From positions 14,042,304-14,106,303 of the forward strand of contig CM082578.2 of assembly GCA_040954595.2 (NCBI GenBank): 64,000 bases of DNA, given 5' to 3'. Under the pieces are notes generated by a model. That model made no database searches and had not been told where the DNA came from. It saw nothing but the letters and a program-made list of their open reading frames with translations. Made by a program: the position numbers and the translations under genes. Position 1 is the stretch's first letter, and every line of letters starts with the position of its first letter. Shown one piece after another: positions 15,439 to 28,046 of the stretch. This DNA comes from Balanoglossus misakiensis. Its lineage: Eukaryota > Animalia > Hemichordata.

Positions 15439-16563
15439 ATGTCTGATACTGGAGATTTTCCATTGGTTGTGGAAGATGGAAATTTTCCAAGTTCAAACCA
15501 GTCTGGAAACGGCACTTTTCCATTCCCACCGTTTGGACCTCCTCCGTTCTACGATGCGACTTTTCAAGCCGTGATCAACGATGTGATTCTGGGTATTGCA
15601 ATCTTTGGAATACTCGCCAATATTTCCTTCATGTTTGTGATGGCCAGGGTGCCCCAGATCAGAACTGTGACAAACCTGTACATGCTCAACCTCAGCATTG
15701 CGGACATCTCCTTCCTGATCGCCATGACAACCCACAACATTCTGATCATCTACCTAATGTACGAGATCAAACATCCAACATCGTCGTGCATTGCAGTGAA
15801 TGCGATTCTTGCACTTCCGACGTACGCATCTGTGTTTACCATCGCGCTGATCGCAATCGATAGATACATTGCCATCTGCTATCCAATGAAAGCAAAGAAG
15901 ATGAACAGCAAGAGACAAGCAATCAAGATAGTTATCCTTATATGGCTATTAGCGGCCATTTTTGTGACGCCAATTGCATTAACCTGTGTCATTTTCACCA
16001 ACGCTATGGTTATTGCGAGTCTGATTCTTCAACTGGGACCATTTTTAATCTCCATGTTCACCGTTATTGTGCTCTACATGCTGATTGTAAGACAAATGTC
16101 AACAAGAACTTCCAAAACAACAACGAAAGACTTAGAATCAACCGCACGGAAGGAAAGAAGACAGGTCATTACAGTACTTATTGTGGCTACACTCGTTTTC
16201 TTCCTGTGTGTCTTTCCCTACCAGCTGAAGACTCTGTTTGAAGTTATGATCATTTTACAGATAAACATACCAATATCATTTCCTGCTTTTCAAATTCTGT
16301 CGACGGTCACTCATATGTTGCTGTTTGTCAACGCTGCAGTGAACCCTATTATTTACAAAATTTTTAGCTCCAAGTACAGACTTGCGTTCCTGGAAGCCTT
16401 CTTTTGCTACAAGTGTGGGAATTCCGTCCCCAGGCTGAGAAAGGGAAGCATGTCCCATTCCTCAAACTACTCTACATCTGAGCGGATGCGAGACCATCAC
16501 ATTAGAAGAATAACAACCAACGGCAATCACAACAAACCAAAGACAAATGGCACCTGGCTTTGA
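15439..16563 (+). CDS. Rhodopsin-like (class A) GPCR, peptide-receptor-like orphan, 374 aa, single coding exon
   Basis: Seven hydrophobic segments with class A motifs: TM1 GILAN, TM2 NLSIAD, TM3 Cys and AIDRY, TM4 W..P, TM6 FFLCVFP, TM7 NAAVNPIIY, helix 8 SSKYR..F, then Cys. N-terminal sequons NQS and NGT. A polypyrimidine tract plus AG (15381-15382) just upstream implies non-coding 5' exon(s). AATAAA signals near 17793 and 18043. Confidence 0.95.
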   Translation: MSDTGDFPLVVEDGNFPSSNQSGNGTFPFPPFGPPPFYDATFQAVINDVILGIAIFGILANISFMFVMARVPQIRTVTNLYMLNLSIADISFLIAMTTHNILIIYLMYEIKHPTSSCIAVNAILALPTYASVFTIALIAIDRYIAICYPMKAKKMNSKRQAIKIVILIWLLAAIFVTPIALTCVIFTNAMVIASLILQLGPFLISMFTVIVLYMLIVRQMSTRTSKTTTKDLESTARKERRQVITVLIVATLVFFLCVFPYQLKTLFEVMIILQINIPISFPAFQILSTVTHMLLFVNAAVNPIIYKIFSSKYRLAFLEAFFCYKCGNSVPRLRKGSMSHSSNYSTSERMRDHHIRRITTNGNHNKPKTNGTWL

Positions 16564-18341
16564 CCACAGTCTGGCAGTGGCGTTTGGCACACACCATTAT
16601 CTAACACAGTATGCAAAATGTTTTGTCTTGTATATGTAGCCAATTTATAATAATGGTCGAGTCTGTACATTTGAGGATCAATGAATGTATGGCAGCTTTT
16701 TTTGCCAGATCTTCTATTTTCAGTAAATGTATCTATTTTGGCATTTGTTTATTATTTCTAAATATCATCACTTTTGACAAAACATCAACAACAGGTTTTT
16801 ATTGAAAAAGAAAAAAGAAATTCACTGAACAGTATTATTGGCCACTTTGATATCAGGAGCATTTATTTATCACCTATTTATTACGTTTAATCCCACCACT
16901 CAATGATTCCCATGATGCAACATTCCTAAATTATTTGCTTAAGGCCTTACTCCAGGGAACCTCAACATTCCTAAATTATTCAGTTACAATTTGTGTCAAC
17001 TTTGACTTGCTAGTAACTCGGTGTCCCATACCTTAGGACCCAATACATGCAGGCGGGACAACCCCACCCTGTAAACAATGTCCATTTAATTAAAAATTCA
17101 TGTACCAACATATTTTGGAAGCATTTTACATACTGGCAATTCACTCTTCCTTTTCACGGGTATACAAACAATCAGCGGATGCAAATGAACTCCGGATATG
17201 CAAGTTACCAATTATCAAGTTGTTAATTTAAGGTGAAAGCTCATTACGGGCAAGCAGATATTAATTGTTGAGTGAAGTGAACACTAGTAGTCAAGTGACA
17301 ACATTTCATGTCAAAACGGGCTACATGGGTGGTGCATGGTATGTCTGAACCTTTCTTCCTGTATAAACGAGTTTTCTTATTTTACTGTATTTTACCTGCA
17401 AATGTGTGCAGGGCTGCAAATACTACAGGGGTCATTTTATCACTCTAATTTAAAGTTCATGGAATTTGCAAATGTCTGTAAATGATTCATATTTGTGCGT
17501 AGATTGATTTGTACGTTTTCATTCATTTCAGGTTTAATGGTGGTTTGTGGCGTATTGTTTTAAGTATGCAATATTTGCAACGGTGTGCGCGCACTTTATG
17601 CACGATTTTAAATTGTTTGTCATACACGTACTGAATTATTAAGATTCGCATGTAGAATCTGCTTGACTTGTAGCACCAATACTATATGTACTAGTATTGT
17701 ACGGTGATCAAGTGTATTTTCTAAGTTCAAAGAAGTCTCTTGGGTCTCTTGATTGATTGTTCATGTATTTAATTGTCTGACTGATTAATGACAATAAACA
17801 TATGGCCTAATAGAAATTCAAGTCCCTCAAGCCTATGTTGGCTTTCCACTTCAAAAATGCTTTTTCATCCACCTGTCGCTTATAGAATGATGCCTCATCT
17901 ATTCAACACAAAACTATGTGACAATTGATATGTACATCCATTTGTTGAAGACGGGTTGTTTTGATTGCTTTGAATGTACCAATCACAAAATATTATGTAT
18001 ATTTATGAATTTTACGTATTTATACATGTATATTATTTTTTAAATAAAAATAAATATGCAAATCTTATAATGTGGTTCCATATTAATTACAGTAGACAGT
18101 CCAGTTAGTTAGCTGACAGACAACACAGTTTGACAGAAAGAGCAAGTTTTGCCTTACCTGATGTCTTTCAAGCTTGCTTAAAAAGTCATTTCTAGCAATC
18201 ACATGCAGACTTTACTACAACAGCTGTCAGATCACATGAATGCTCTGCAATCTTTAATTTGGCCCATGTAAAAATAAAAGCTCCAACCCTTGGTCCCAGG
18301 GTGTTGTGGAGGGACTGTGCAAACACGCAGACATGTACATT

Positions 18342-18453
18342 GTACATACATACGTACATACATACATACATACATACATACATACATACATTTTGTACAT
18401 ACATACAGACAGACAGACATACTGTACATACAGACATACACACACACACACAC
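18342..18453. repeat. Compound microsatellite (TACA)n/(CAGA)n/(CA)n
   Basis: Directly visible tandem repeats; they account for several spurious ORFs here. Confidence 0.9.
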
Positions 18454-21400
18454 AAGGACATCTTGGAGTGACTTCCTATTAACATATCATGAAATTTTAT
18501 TCAATTCATGGGTGTAATCCAATTATTTTGTTCATTTCCCCCGCACCAATACACTTGCAGTCTCATGCGTGAAACTTGACACTGTGTCAGAAATGAATAT
18601 GATGATTACAATGGAAGAACGTACTGTCAATTAACTGCAATTGGTGGGCCTAGAATATTGCTCCTTTATTCCTACAAAGTAAAGTGTTGATGGATGTCAG
18701 AAAGAAGCCTGGGTTATTGGTTTACAATGTCAGAACATATTGCAAAATTTGTCGGTATAATGAGCTGACTGGTACTATTGTGTCGGATGATGATGATCTA
18801 CAATGTGTACGTCACAAGTAACATTCGTTCTCTAATGAGCTGTACATAAATCAACACAACCTCTTTCCCTTCCAAAATATACAAAGCTTAACACCTGCAC
18901 TAATAAATAAGAAGAAAACTGCAACAATACCCTCAGGATTTTACAAACCATGAAGTTAAATATTGCACCCTAAATTTGTTAATGTGAACCAAATAGCCTG
19001 GTACATGAACTTGACGAAAATGGTATGTGAAAGTAGACCAACAGGAATATAAATGTAATAAATAAACAAGAATACAAATGCAAGGCCCATGTAATAAATA
19101 AATATAAATAAATAAATAAAAAAGAATAAACAAATACATGAAGATGAGTCAAAATATCACAGGGTAAAAAGAAATAAAGATCAAATCATAATTCTAAACA
19201 TGACAGTTGAATCAAGCCTCTGAAGATTCCATAACAAAAATCAAAAGACAAATTGGAAATGCACAATTAATTCAAAGTGGCCATATATCTTTGAAAAGTG
19301 AAGTACTTAAAACTGTTGAGTTGACTTCGTGTAAATCTAAAAACCATGAGCAGGTTCTTGTAGTCCTCTGAGAAATATAGAATCTAAATGTCTTCAGCGA
19401 TATTAAGGTGAAAGGTTAAAATTCTGGCACAGATCCTCATGAATATTACTATTGTAAATAATAATTTAGTAACAGAAATCTACAAAATATGGAAAGTTGG
19501 AGAATCATTATGTCCACAAATAGTGGAAAATATACTGAGAAAAAGTAAATTATGTGGAAATGTAGAGACAAGCATTTCATGTTAAGCCTCTTCTTAAAAC
19601 TCACTCAAAACTATTGCAGTTCATTCAGGTTGAAAATTACAACAACAAGATGTTGAAAGATATATGGTAACAATTTACTTTGAGAACTTGTTTCATGCCC
19701 TGCGGATATGAAAGCAGGACAATTGATCAGTAGTGAACTGATCCACTTGCAAGGGATGGAGATACGCTCTATTTGAGGCGAACCCAGCCGTCTTCATTGA
19801 TTATACTCGTGGCAAATATGGGACTGTTCGTCGCAAATTGGACGTTATACATTGATTTCCCTGCAAGGCCGGATGTACAGTACGAATGTCAAGTTCAAAA
19901 TTCCCACATGCACGATCAAAACCCCTTTTAATAGATTGTGTGATCTTGTGTGCCAGTGGCGCCAGGAATGACAAACAACCGGAAAATGGAGAGTGATAGC
20001 GTCAGATGAATATCATGAGAGGTTGTGGCCCACTAGAGGCCCTTGCTGGAATCTCAGCGGAATGCGAACATATAGTGATGCCGGAATAGATGTTTTTAAT
20101 GGAAGTGACTTTGCCTGGAATGAAACTTAAGCCACACACACATATCCTCTGGTGCATTTGTAGTCACGAAAAAGTCAATAATTTTGAGTGATGAGCTCTG
20201 AGGTTCACTGAACTCAATATTCAACTTTCAATTATTTCTCTGGCAAGTGTTTTCTTGTCTACAGCAGGTGAATGAAAACTATGAAATAACTTCCCAGTTG
20301 AATTTTTGTTCAGTGGTTATCATTTCACTGCACTTACAAGTTACATGTAATTTCCCACTCTAGCATACACTGTTCCTGTTTCACATCTTTGATTTATATT
20401 TAAAGCTGTCCTCAGTACAATGGAAGACAAATGGAAATTCAAATGGATTACACACAAGTTGTTTGAATGCATTCACTGCATGCAGCGGAAAATATATAGT
20501 TTCACTTTTGGTTTGATCAATAGTAATTACCCAGTATCTACAATGATCCGAATCTGTGAAGGAAACAGGATATCAGCATTCTCAACAAAACTTTCAATTG
20601 TGCAGCTATAAACCGACGCGTAAAAGCAGACCGACGGACATGCTGTTAGTCCCATATAAATAGCCATTACACCTTGTATTGAGATGTGTGGGTCATTTGA
20701 GGTCATGACCATTGATCATCATCAAAGTGGTGCACTCAACGTTTCAGCACCTCGCAGCTGAAGGCATATATATGTGCTGAATACATGTACAAACAAGAAG
20801 ATGCAATCTGGCTAGGTGTAATAATTCTATCATTGCAAAGAATTGCAGAATTTGAATTCCCAAATTACTTTTTCCATTTCACGATACTTTTTAATATCAG
20901 TTTAGATATAATTATTGCGTCTTCGGTATTCAGCAGCAAAATCACTTCAAGGAAATTTTACAGCCAATCCAGTGTCAGAGGTATACACTGAAGTAATGAA
21001 ATGGGAAGCTTTAATCCATTTGGTCATTAAACCGGGAAAAGACAGAGAGCAGGTCAACAGGAAATCTGACCTTGGAGTTTATAATCATTTTCAGTGGCAT
21101 GCTCTGTTGACTAAAAACCGACTTTTATAAATTGCTCAACAACCTCTACCACTCTATCATGACACAAACTCCATTAACACTTTACAAGCTGACCTAAATA
21201 CCTTTCTCAGCTATCACATTGGGCCCAAGATGAATGTCAATATTTTCCCATGAAAGATCCTGTAATGGTACCTATGGTTCTCAGAAACTCCCACATCAAT
21301 TAGTTGGAAACACATTTGACACTAAATTCTACTTTCACCAGATGGTGTCAACAATACGAATTGAAGCAATGAGTATTTGAGGACTTCAATTTCCACTTAG

Positions 21401-24400
21401 TTTATGGTTTGTCAAAAGACTGAATTCTCCTAAACTTTTGGTCATACCATCTGTAGCAACAATTTCCCTTGTAAAATTGGTAGTAATAAAAAATAATGTG
21501 TACAAAGCATGTGAATCTGAGTTATAATTGCCATTGTTATGAATCATGGATATTAAATATTGTTGTTTTTTGGATGACCACACAAAACCTGTTACTACGG
21601 ACATTATAGATTACAACAACATTGCCACCTCCATCCTATCTTTGAGTCTGATGGATGAATCACAGGTCACAAAGGGGCGCCGCGATGCCTGTAGTTCCAT
21701 TACCACTTCACCTTTCAGACAAAACAACCATCCCCCCAAGCAGCCATGAAACATGGCAAAGTCAACACATCCTTACTCAGGACTCTCTGAAATCTGCCAC
21801 GGAATGGTAACCTCTGACCTCAATGCCCTGAGTCCCCCATGCTGTTCTGCAAGTTAAAGTATATTGATTTTCATGGCAACACATTTGACTTTTCTGAGGA
21901 CAATGTCTCATAGGAACCTCTTCTTTTCTGTCAATCAGGCTAAAATTTAACACAAGCTAGAATTTCCCAAAGGTTTACAATTCTAACATCAAAGGCATAC
22001 ACTGTATATTCATAGTAAGTCCTCCTTGAATAAGAGAATGATAGGCATATATGTGACCCCACTGGGTTGCTAGAGGCACACATCGGAATATTTTGTGCAT
22101 AGATACATTCACTGTGTCTGGCCTGGTTCTTTCCATTCACATTACAGTATACTATTACTTTTACAGCTGCAGCTTGGATTCTATTTATACTGTAAGACTA
22201 AAATGCCACTTTCCACTCAAATGTGCTACACACATATATATATATATATCAGTGCACAAATAGAACCAGGTACTTCTACTGCGTCTATTAATTACTTATC
22301 TCCCATGTGACCATCCAGGCAGCAAAATGACCGTTAGAATCCCCAATACATTCTTATTTTCTAGTTGAATGAGCTCAGATGGATTCAGTGCATTTTAAGA
22401 GAAAATATCAAAGTCTTCAATTCAAAGGAGTGTTGATGTCGGCAAATTTAGGCAATGAATTTTCAAAGGATATTCTTAGAGCACAGTTTCTACACTTTAA
22501 GAAATATAGCACAATTTCTAGGAACCTGATGAGGCAATTCAACTTCAGATTTTTTACAAACCATTAATCTTATATTATACAAACATCGATCAATTATCCC
22601 AGCACATTAAAACCTTCCTGTATTAATTTATTCATTAAAGGGATACAGATAACATTAATTGAATAGCAAATTGATCATAAATAGTGATTATTGCCTCGCA
22701 TGAAAAGCCCACGCTATAAAATTCACAAGGTTTACACAATGGAAATAATCCGGTTCTGATCTTAACACTGCTAACAAATCTGTCAGACTCAAAACTACAC
22801 GCAGCAAATCATTGTAATAAGTTCCAACTACTGATTCCTTGCTTTGATCACCTTCGGCAAATTCAATCACATGTCTACGCTGATGTGAATCCAGATCGAT
22901 CAAACAGACACAGGTTGTTCTGTTGTACCATCATAGACCCTATCAGGTATTTAAGACTCCTGGGTGTAAGGATTTCGATGGACATAAAAACTTTGACAAC
23001 TGTTGTAACGACGTATCTATGGTTTTAGTGAGAGCAACATCAGGGTTTGGTGAACCAGAAGCAGAAGAGAAGTCACAGCAGTATCGTGACATTTGGTGGA
23101 GATTATGCTGTGCATGTATCTGTAGATGTAATAACACAGTTGTGCTGCCTGATGTGCAAAGTCTACATAAAAACTTGATGTTCGAACAGCACATCAATCA
23201 TTCATGCACAACTCAGAGAAGTTACTCTCTCTAAGGCGATAGATACCGGAGTTGTAACCATAGTAAATTTCTGTCAAACTATTTAGGCAGTACGATGGAG
23301 ACTTGACGTCCAACATCTTGTAAAGGCTGCCGCAGTAAATTGATGATATATTAGTTAGTAATTCTCTATACAGATACCATCAGTTTTTCGATCCACACAG
23401 GTACGCACAAATTCAGCAATCTCTAATGGAACTCAAAGTTTCTTCTTTCACTTTCTACTTCACGATATCTCAATTCATTCAGTACACGCCTAGCAAATCT
23501 CCCTTAGAAAATCTTATCCGTTGTTTTTTTTTCAGTTAAACCTATTCAATTACTCAGACTGGAACGCTTGTGATTTTGTTGGGTACATAAAGTGAATACG
23601 TGTCCTATGCTTAGTATTCTCTGAACAGGTATCTCTTCAAGTTGTAAATCAGCAAGTACCCTAAAGCTTAAATCCAGCATGAATGTAATTAAGAGTACAA
23701 CGTTCAAAAAGGACAATTTCCCTGACATATTGGTAGATCCTTCTATCTATCAGTAGCTTTGATCAGTTTTACCACTTTTCACTTCAAGTAACAATGAAAA
23801 GGGGTGACAAATTTAGTGGACAGGTGTCGTTGGTGAATCGCCTTAGATGGATTATTCCATTAGTGAACTTCAAGGGGTGACCGGTGCTACATTCAACATT
23901 GGTAATGACTAGACTTGACATTGATACCCGACTCACACAATGAATATTTCTGCATACAAAACCTCACTAGCAGATGCAAGTGATTATTACTGACATTTGA
24001 GATTTTGACTTCTCCATTGTTGAATTGAATTCCACTCTAGTCAATTAATGACATCCATATCTATTTCAAATTTTACTTATCTGCGATATGTTGAATAACA
24101 CCCTGACCCATATTTTTTAAATTTCCGATAGGTTATCAATTCCACACTCTCACAAGAATACATGAAAGTGTACAGAACTGCAGGGTGGCCTGGCAGCAGC
24201 TACACAGTGCATTTATTGCCCTACTATGCACACACACACATCTGATAACAGAAAGCAGTGAAATGTTATTGATATTTTCAGAGCTATGCTTTGTGGCAAT
24301 ATCAGTGATGCGGCCTTGTCCTAAAAAAACAGCTAACTTTGTTATCACAGATGCATCTGTGTTTGCAAATGTACATGTGCATCGTTGTCTGTCTGTCCTC

Positions 24401-25085
24401 TCTCTCTCTGCCAGTCTGCCAGTCTATCTATCTGAGCAGACAGTATGTACACACATTAAAGTACACATCAAATCTTCATGTGGGGATAGTGGTTATACCA
24501 ACCACTTCAACACTTAACAGTAGATGAGTCATCTATTTTAATATGGAGCATCAATGGTTTACACGCCCATAACCTCAAGAAATGAGACTTTCATAGTCTA
24601 GTGGTGATTATTACTCTATCTTAATAGCTTTTCCCATGCCGCTTCTCAGCCGTATATAGAATATCGATCAAAGCCGGCAGGGAAGAATTTCACTGTAGGA
24701 TTCTCAAGGGGTATACGGTCAACTAGGTAGACATGCGTCAATGAAATGATCAATGATTGCTAAGAGACTTGTATGAAGTTACGGTTGACCGGAAATGGGC
24801 AATTACCGGCAAGAACTTACGTCATACACAAGGTATCATGTGATATGTGATAATATCTTCATGAGATAATACCTTCAATAGGTCAACGGTGTGTATATTC
24901 ATGTCACATGCTACCTTGCAAATTTCAGGCTGTACAAAATGTGGCACTGGTATCAACTACAACCCTGAATAAACTCACACAATTCTGAAAATAAAAAATA
25001 AAAACTTTCCCCCTGTCTGTTGCATTGAAAATGAATATGTGTCTGTTCCAATTCAGTGTGTGTTTGTAAATCCTTTCAAACCAAC

Positions 25086-27033
25086 CTGATTGTTGACTCG
25101 AAGACTTGGACTGTGTTGTCCTTGTCGAATGAAACATTCTGCAAGACCAAGTTGACTGCCTTCTTGAATTCGGTGGCATTACCCATGACCTGGTGAGAGA
25201 GACAAAGAGAGAAAAAAAAATGTATATGTATATTTATATATGCATACTGTTTTAAAACATCACTTCATAAATGCAAAACAACAGTTCATCCACGGAGGGG
25301 CTGTGGTAAAACACTTGGGAGATCAGATCACTTGAACAAGAAAAACAGTAGTTACAAACTTATTTGTTGTGTGGGGGCGCTATTCATACCAATGCCAGCA
25401 CAATTCACTTGTGTTGCATAAATATCTTTAGAATTTCTAGTAATTTTTAGAAACAGGTGGTGGTTGCTCATATTAACAAATGGTTGCCATGGAGTTTATT
25501 CTAATTAAGGTTCTGAATTGGACACAATAAGAGTAGTTTATCGTCTGCTCCTGTTAAAGCCCTTTCAAAAAGTCCATTAATATTCTATTTCATGTACATT
25601 TTTGTGGTTGCACAGAAATTGTGTTGCTGCATTGCTTAATCATGGCAAAATGTATGGTAAAAGCCAGTACATACCGCAAGTGTGTCCAAAACATCCACCA
25701 GAGTCAGAGCGTAGTCACCAAGAACATCATTAATATTAATGTTCTCACTGTAAAGATTAAATAATCAAATTGAGTGTTCGCAGAATAAAATGCAAGTTTA
25801 CACTAACGGATGAATCAGGGTTTTCTCAAAAGCACACAAGGAAAACCAAGTATGACTCCATGTTTTACTCAATACTGGAATGGAAAAAATTAACTCAGAA
25901 TGTAGAAAAACTTTGTAATTAATTACTGCAAAATATACGACTTCTGAAGGGGGAGTAAATGGAATCATATTTTATTGCTAAATATATAAAATTGCAAAAA
26001 TTTGCTTAACATCACACAATTAAAAGAAAGATGTGTACTATGTAATCTTAATGTGATATGCTTAACAAGACACTAAGGTAGGATTTGGTCTTTCTGCAGA
26101 CCAAGAATTTTAGAACTGAAATTAAGAAGTATGAGCACATTGTACATTTGTACAAAATAAAAACAGATCACTTGGTAAGTCATTTTGTGGGGATTGTATA
26201 TGACACACAGTAGCCATACACACAACAACTTTTGGAAAAAATACCTGTCTTTAAAACATGGTTTACTCATATTGTTTTCTACAAATGATTTTGAAAGACA
26301 TGGAACATAAAATATAAAAACAGTAAAATAAAAGTAAAAAAAAAAGACTTTAAAAAATAGTAAAATAACTACAGCCACTGTTCCTTTCAATACTATAAAG
26401 CTTCAAGGTATAACGTGTCTTGCCTGGCATGAGGTGGGCGTGGCATGAGGTGGGCGTGGCATGATGTGGGCGGCCACGCCCCCCCCCCCCCAACCACCAC
26501 CACCACCAAGACAACCCTCACTGGTTTATTTACAGCAGCCATTTTGAAATGCTGAAGTTACAAGCTGAATACAACATGTCATGCATGTCTGCGTGTGCCA
26601 TGCTTCGGCCAGGCACGTGCGTCCTGTTTACATATCAAAGGTCATATCCAAAACTTGAAAGGTACACTACAGGGCTCCTGCTTCTTTGCACATACCGCCG
26701 GTCATAGCGAAGGTTTTTTTATGAAACCGTTCACGAGCTGGTGGTAAGGTCAACTTACGGATGTTCCTTATCTGGTCCTCGGCCCGTACAATGGATAGGA
26801 TCCAATTCATCTTTGGGAAACGCGTGTTTCATATAGTTATCGTATCCAAAGTAAAACATTCTTTTTACATCTTCGAGACGTTTGAGACGCTCCGACTCTG
26901 GGAAGTGGTTGTATTTGCGGTCGTAGAAGCCGTTCCTGTTCTTGAAAAAGTTCAGTCTCCCCGAAGATAGCAGAATTGAAGCAAAATACACAGATAGGCC
27001 AAGTAGCCAGCACACATAACACAGCTTAGCCAT
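25086..27033 (-). CDS. EDEM1: ER degradation-enhancing alpha-mannosidase-like protein 1 (GH47), exons 1-3 only; remainder not found in window
   Basis: Phase-compatible exons 27033-26759, 25747-25675 and 25189-25086. They give an N-terminal signal/anchor, then [93 protein letters not shown], matching the recalled EDEM1 N-terminal GH47 segment. An alternative in-frame ATG lies at 27048. Confidence 0.9.
26425..26472. repeat. Three-copy 16-bp tandem repeat TGGCATGAGGTGGGCG followed by poly-C/(CCA)n, in EDEM1 intron 1
   Basis: Copies at 26425-26440, 26441-26456 and 26457-26472 (one mismatch in the third). Confidence 0.85.
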
Positions 27034-27338
27034 GGTTTTACTATTCATCCTGCATAGTTGCAGACCACAGTTGCAGACGATCACTTCCTGGTTGCCTTCT
27101 TACTCAGCAAGCTTCCTGTATCACAAAAAAATAGTGCCAGCAAGAGATCGTAATGTTCACGATTTTCAGGGAATCAATAATGCTTTGTTGATTTTAAATA
27201 TTTGAATAACAAAATAGAGTGATTTGAATGTCAAAATTATACTAAATTTGTACAATGGAGGGTATAACGCGGATGACTTTTTAGGTGAATCAGCCTACAG
27301 TACAAAGTTTAAAGTTCAAGGGTGAACAAACTTGATAT

Positions 27339-27385
27339 CCAATCATGAACGGCGACGTGTGTATTTCTCGATGCCCACACACGTG
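27339..27385. promoter_or_regulatory. ERSE-like element (CCAAT-N9-CGACG) with overlapping GACGTG and nearby CACGTG, upstream of EDEM1
   Basis: CCAAT at 27339-27343, a 9-nt spacer, then CGACG at 27353-27357 (ERSE consensus CCAAT-N9-CCACG, one mismatch). CACGTG at 27380-27385. About 310 bp upstream of the EDEM1 ATG. Confidence 0.45.
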
Positions 27386-28046
27386 TAAACCAGGGAAAAA
27401 CTACTGCGTGTAAACATTGATTATGTAATAAGCAATTTGCTGCAGGCACAGCAGCGTATATCATTTCATGAACTCCTATTCAGGCCATCAAATGTTTGAA
27501 AGAGCCATCTCAATCGTGATCCAACTATGATTGTTTTGAGACTGTAGGGTCCATGGATAATTTGAACATGAGAGGGTGATAAAGAATTTCTCTCAAACTG
27601 GGAGAAGGATTAGCTGTGTCTGATTATTATGCACAAGGTCAGACTTTGCACAGGGGTGGGGGTTAAAATAATGAAGCAAAAAGATGCAGTTACATGCAGA
27701 TAAACCATGCCATGGAACTTTGATATAAATTTCACACAATTCCAAGGAATCATGGTGATGATCGTGATTAGAAAAATCATCTTTATTTCATTACAAAGAT
27801 AAAGCCAAAATGGAGACTTTTTGGCCGAGTTGACAGCAATGACACAAAGTCTTGATCAGCAGAAACCACTACACATTCTTAATTATCATTTACAGACTTG
27901 TTCATGTAAGGCACTCAGTACGGTAATTAACATGTTTAAGATGTAAATTTCAGCCTCAACAGCCAGAACAAAGAAATAAAAGTTTCATACAGCCCTAGTG
28001 CTTTAGTGGCTGATGAAACGATGCAACGGAAAGTAATTTTCACCAG

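Noticed and set aside
18192-18517. Five overlapping ORFs with CMYV/HTYI repeats
   Set aside because: They are translations of the TACA/CA microsatellite.
22923-23234. 103-aa Cys-rich ORF whose SQQYRDIWWRLCC resembles a GPCR helix 8
   Set aside because: Non-ATG start, no TM7/NPxxY upstream and no other GPCR remnants seen.
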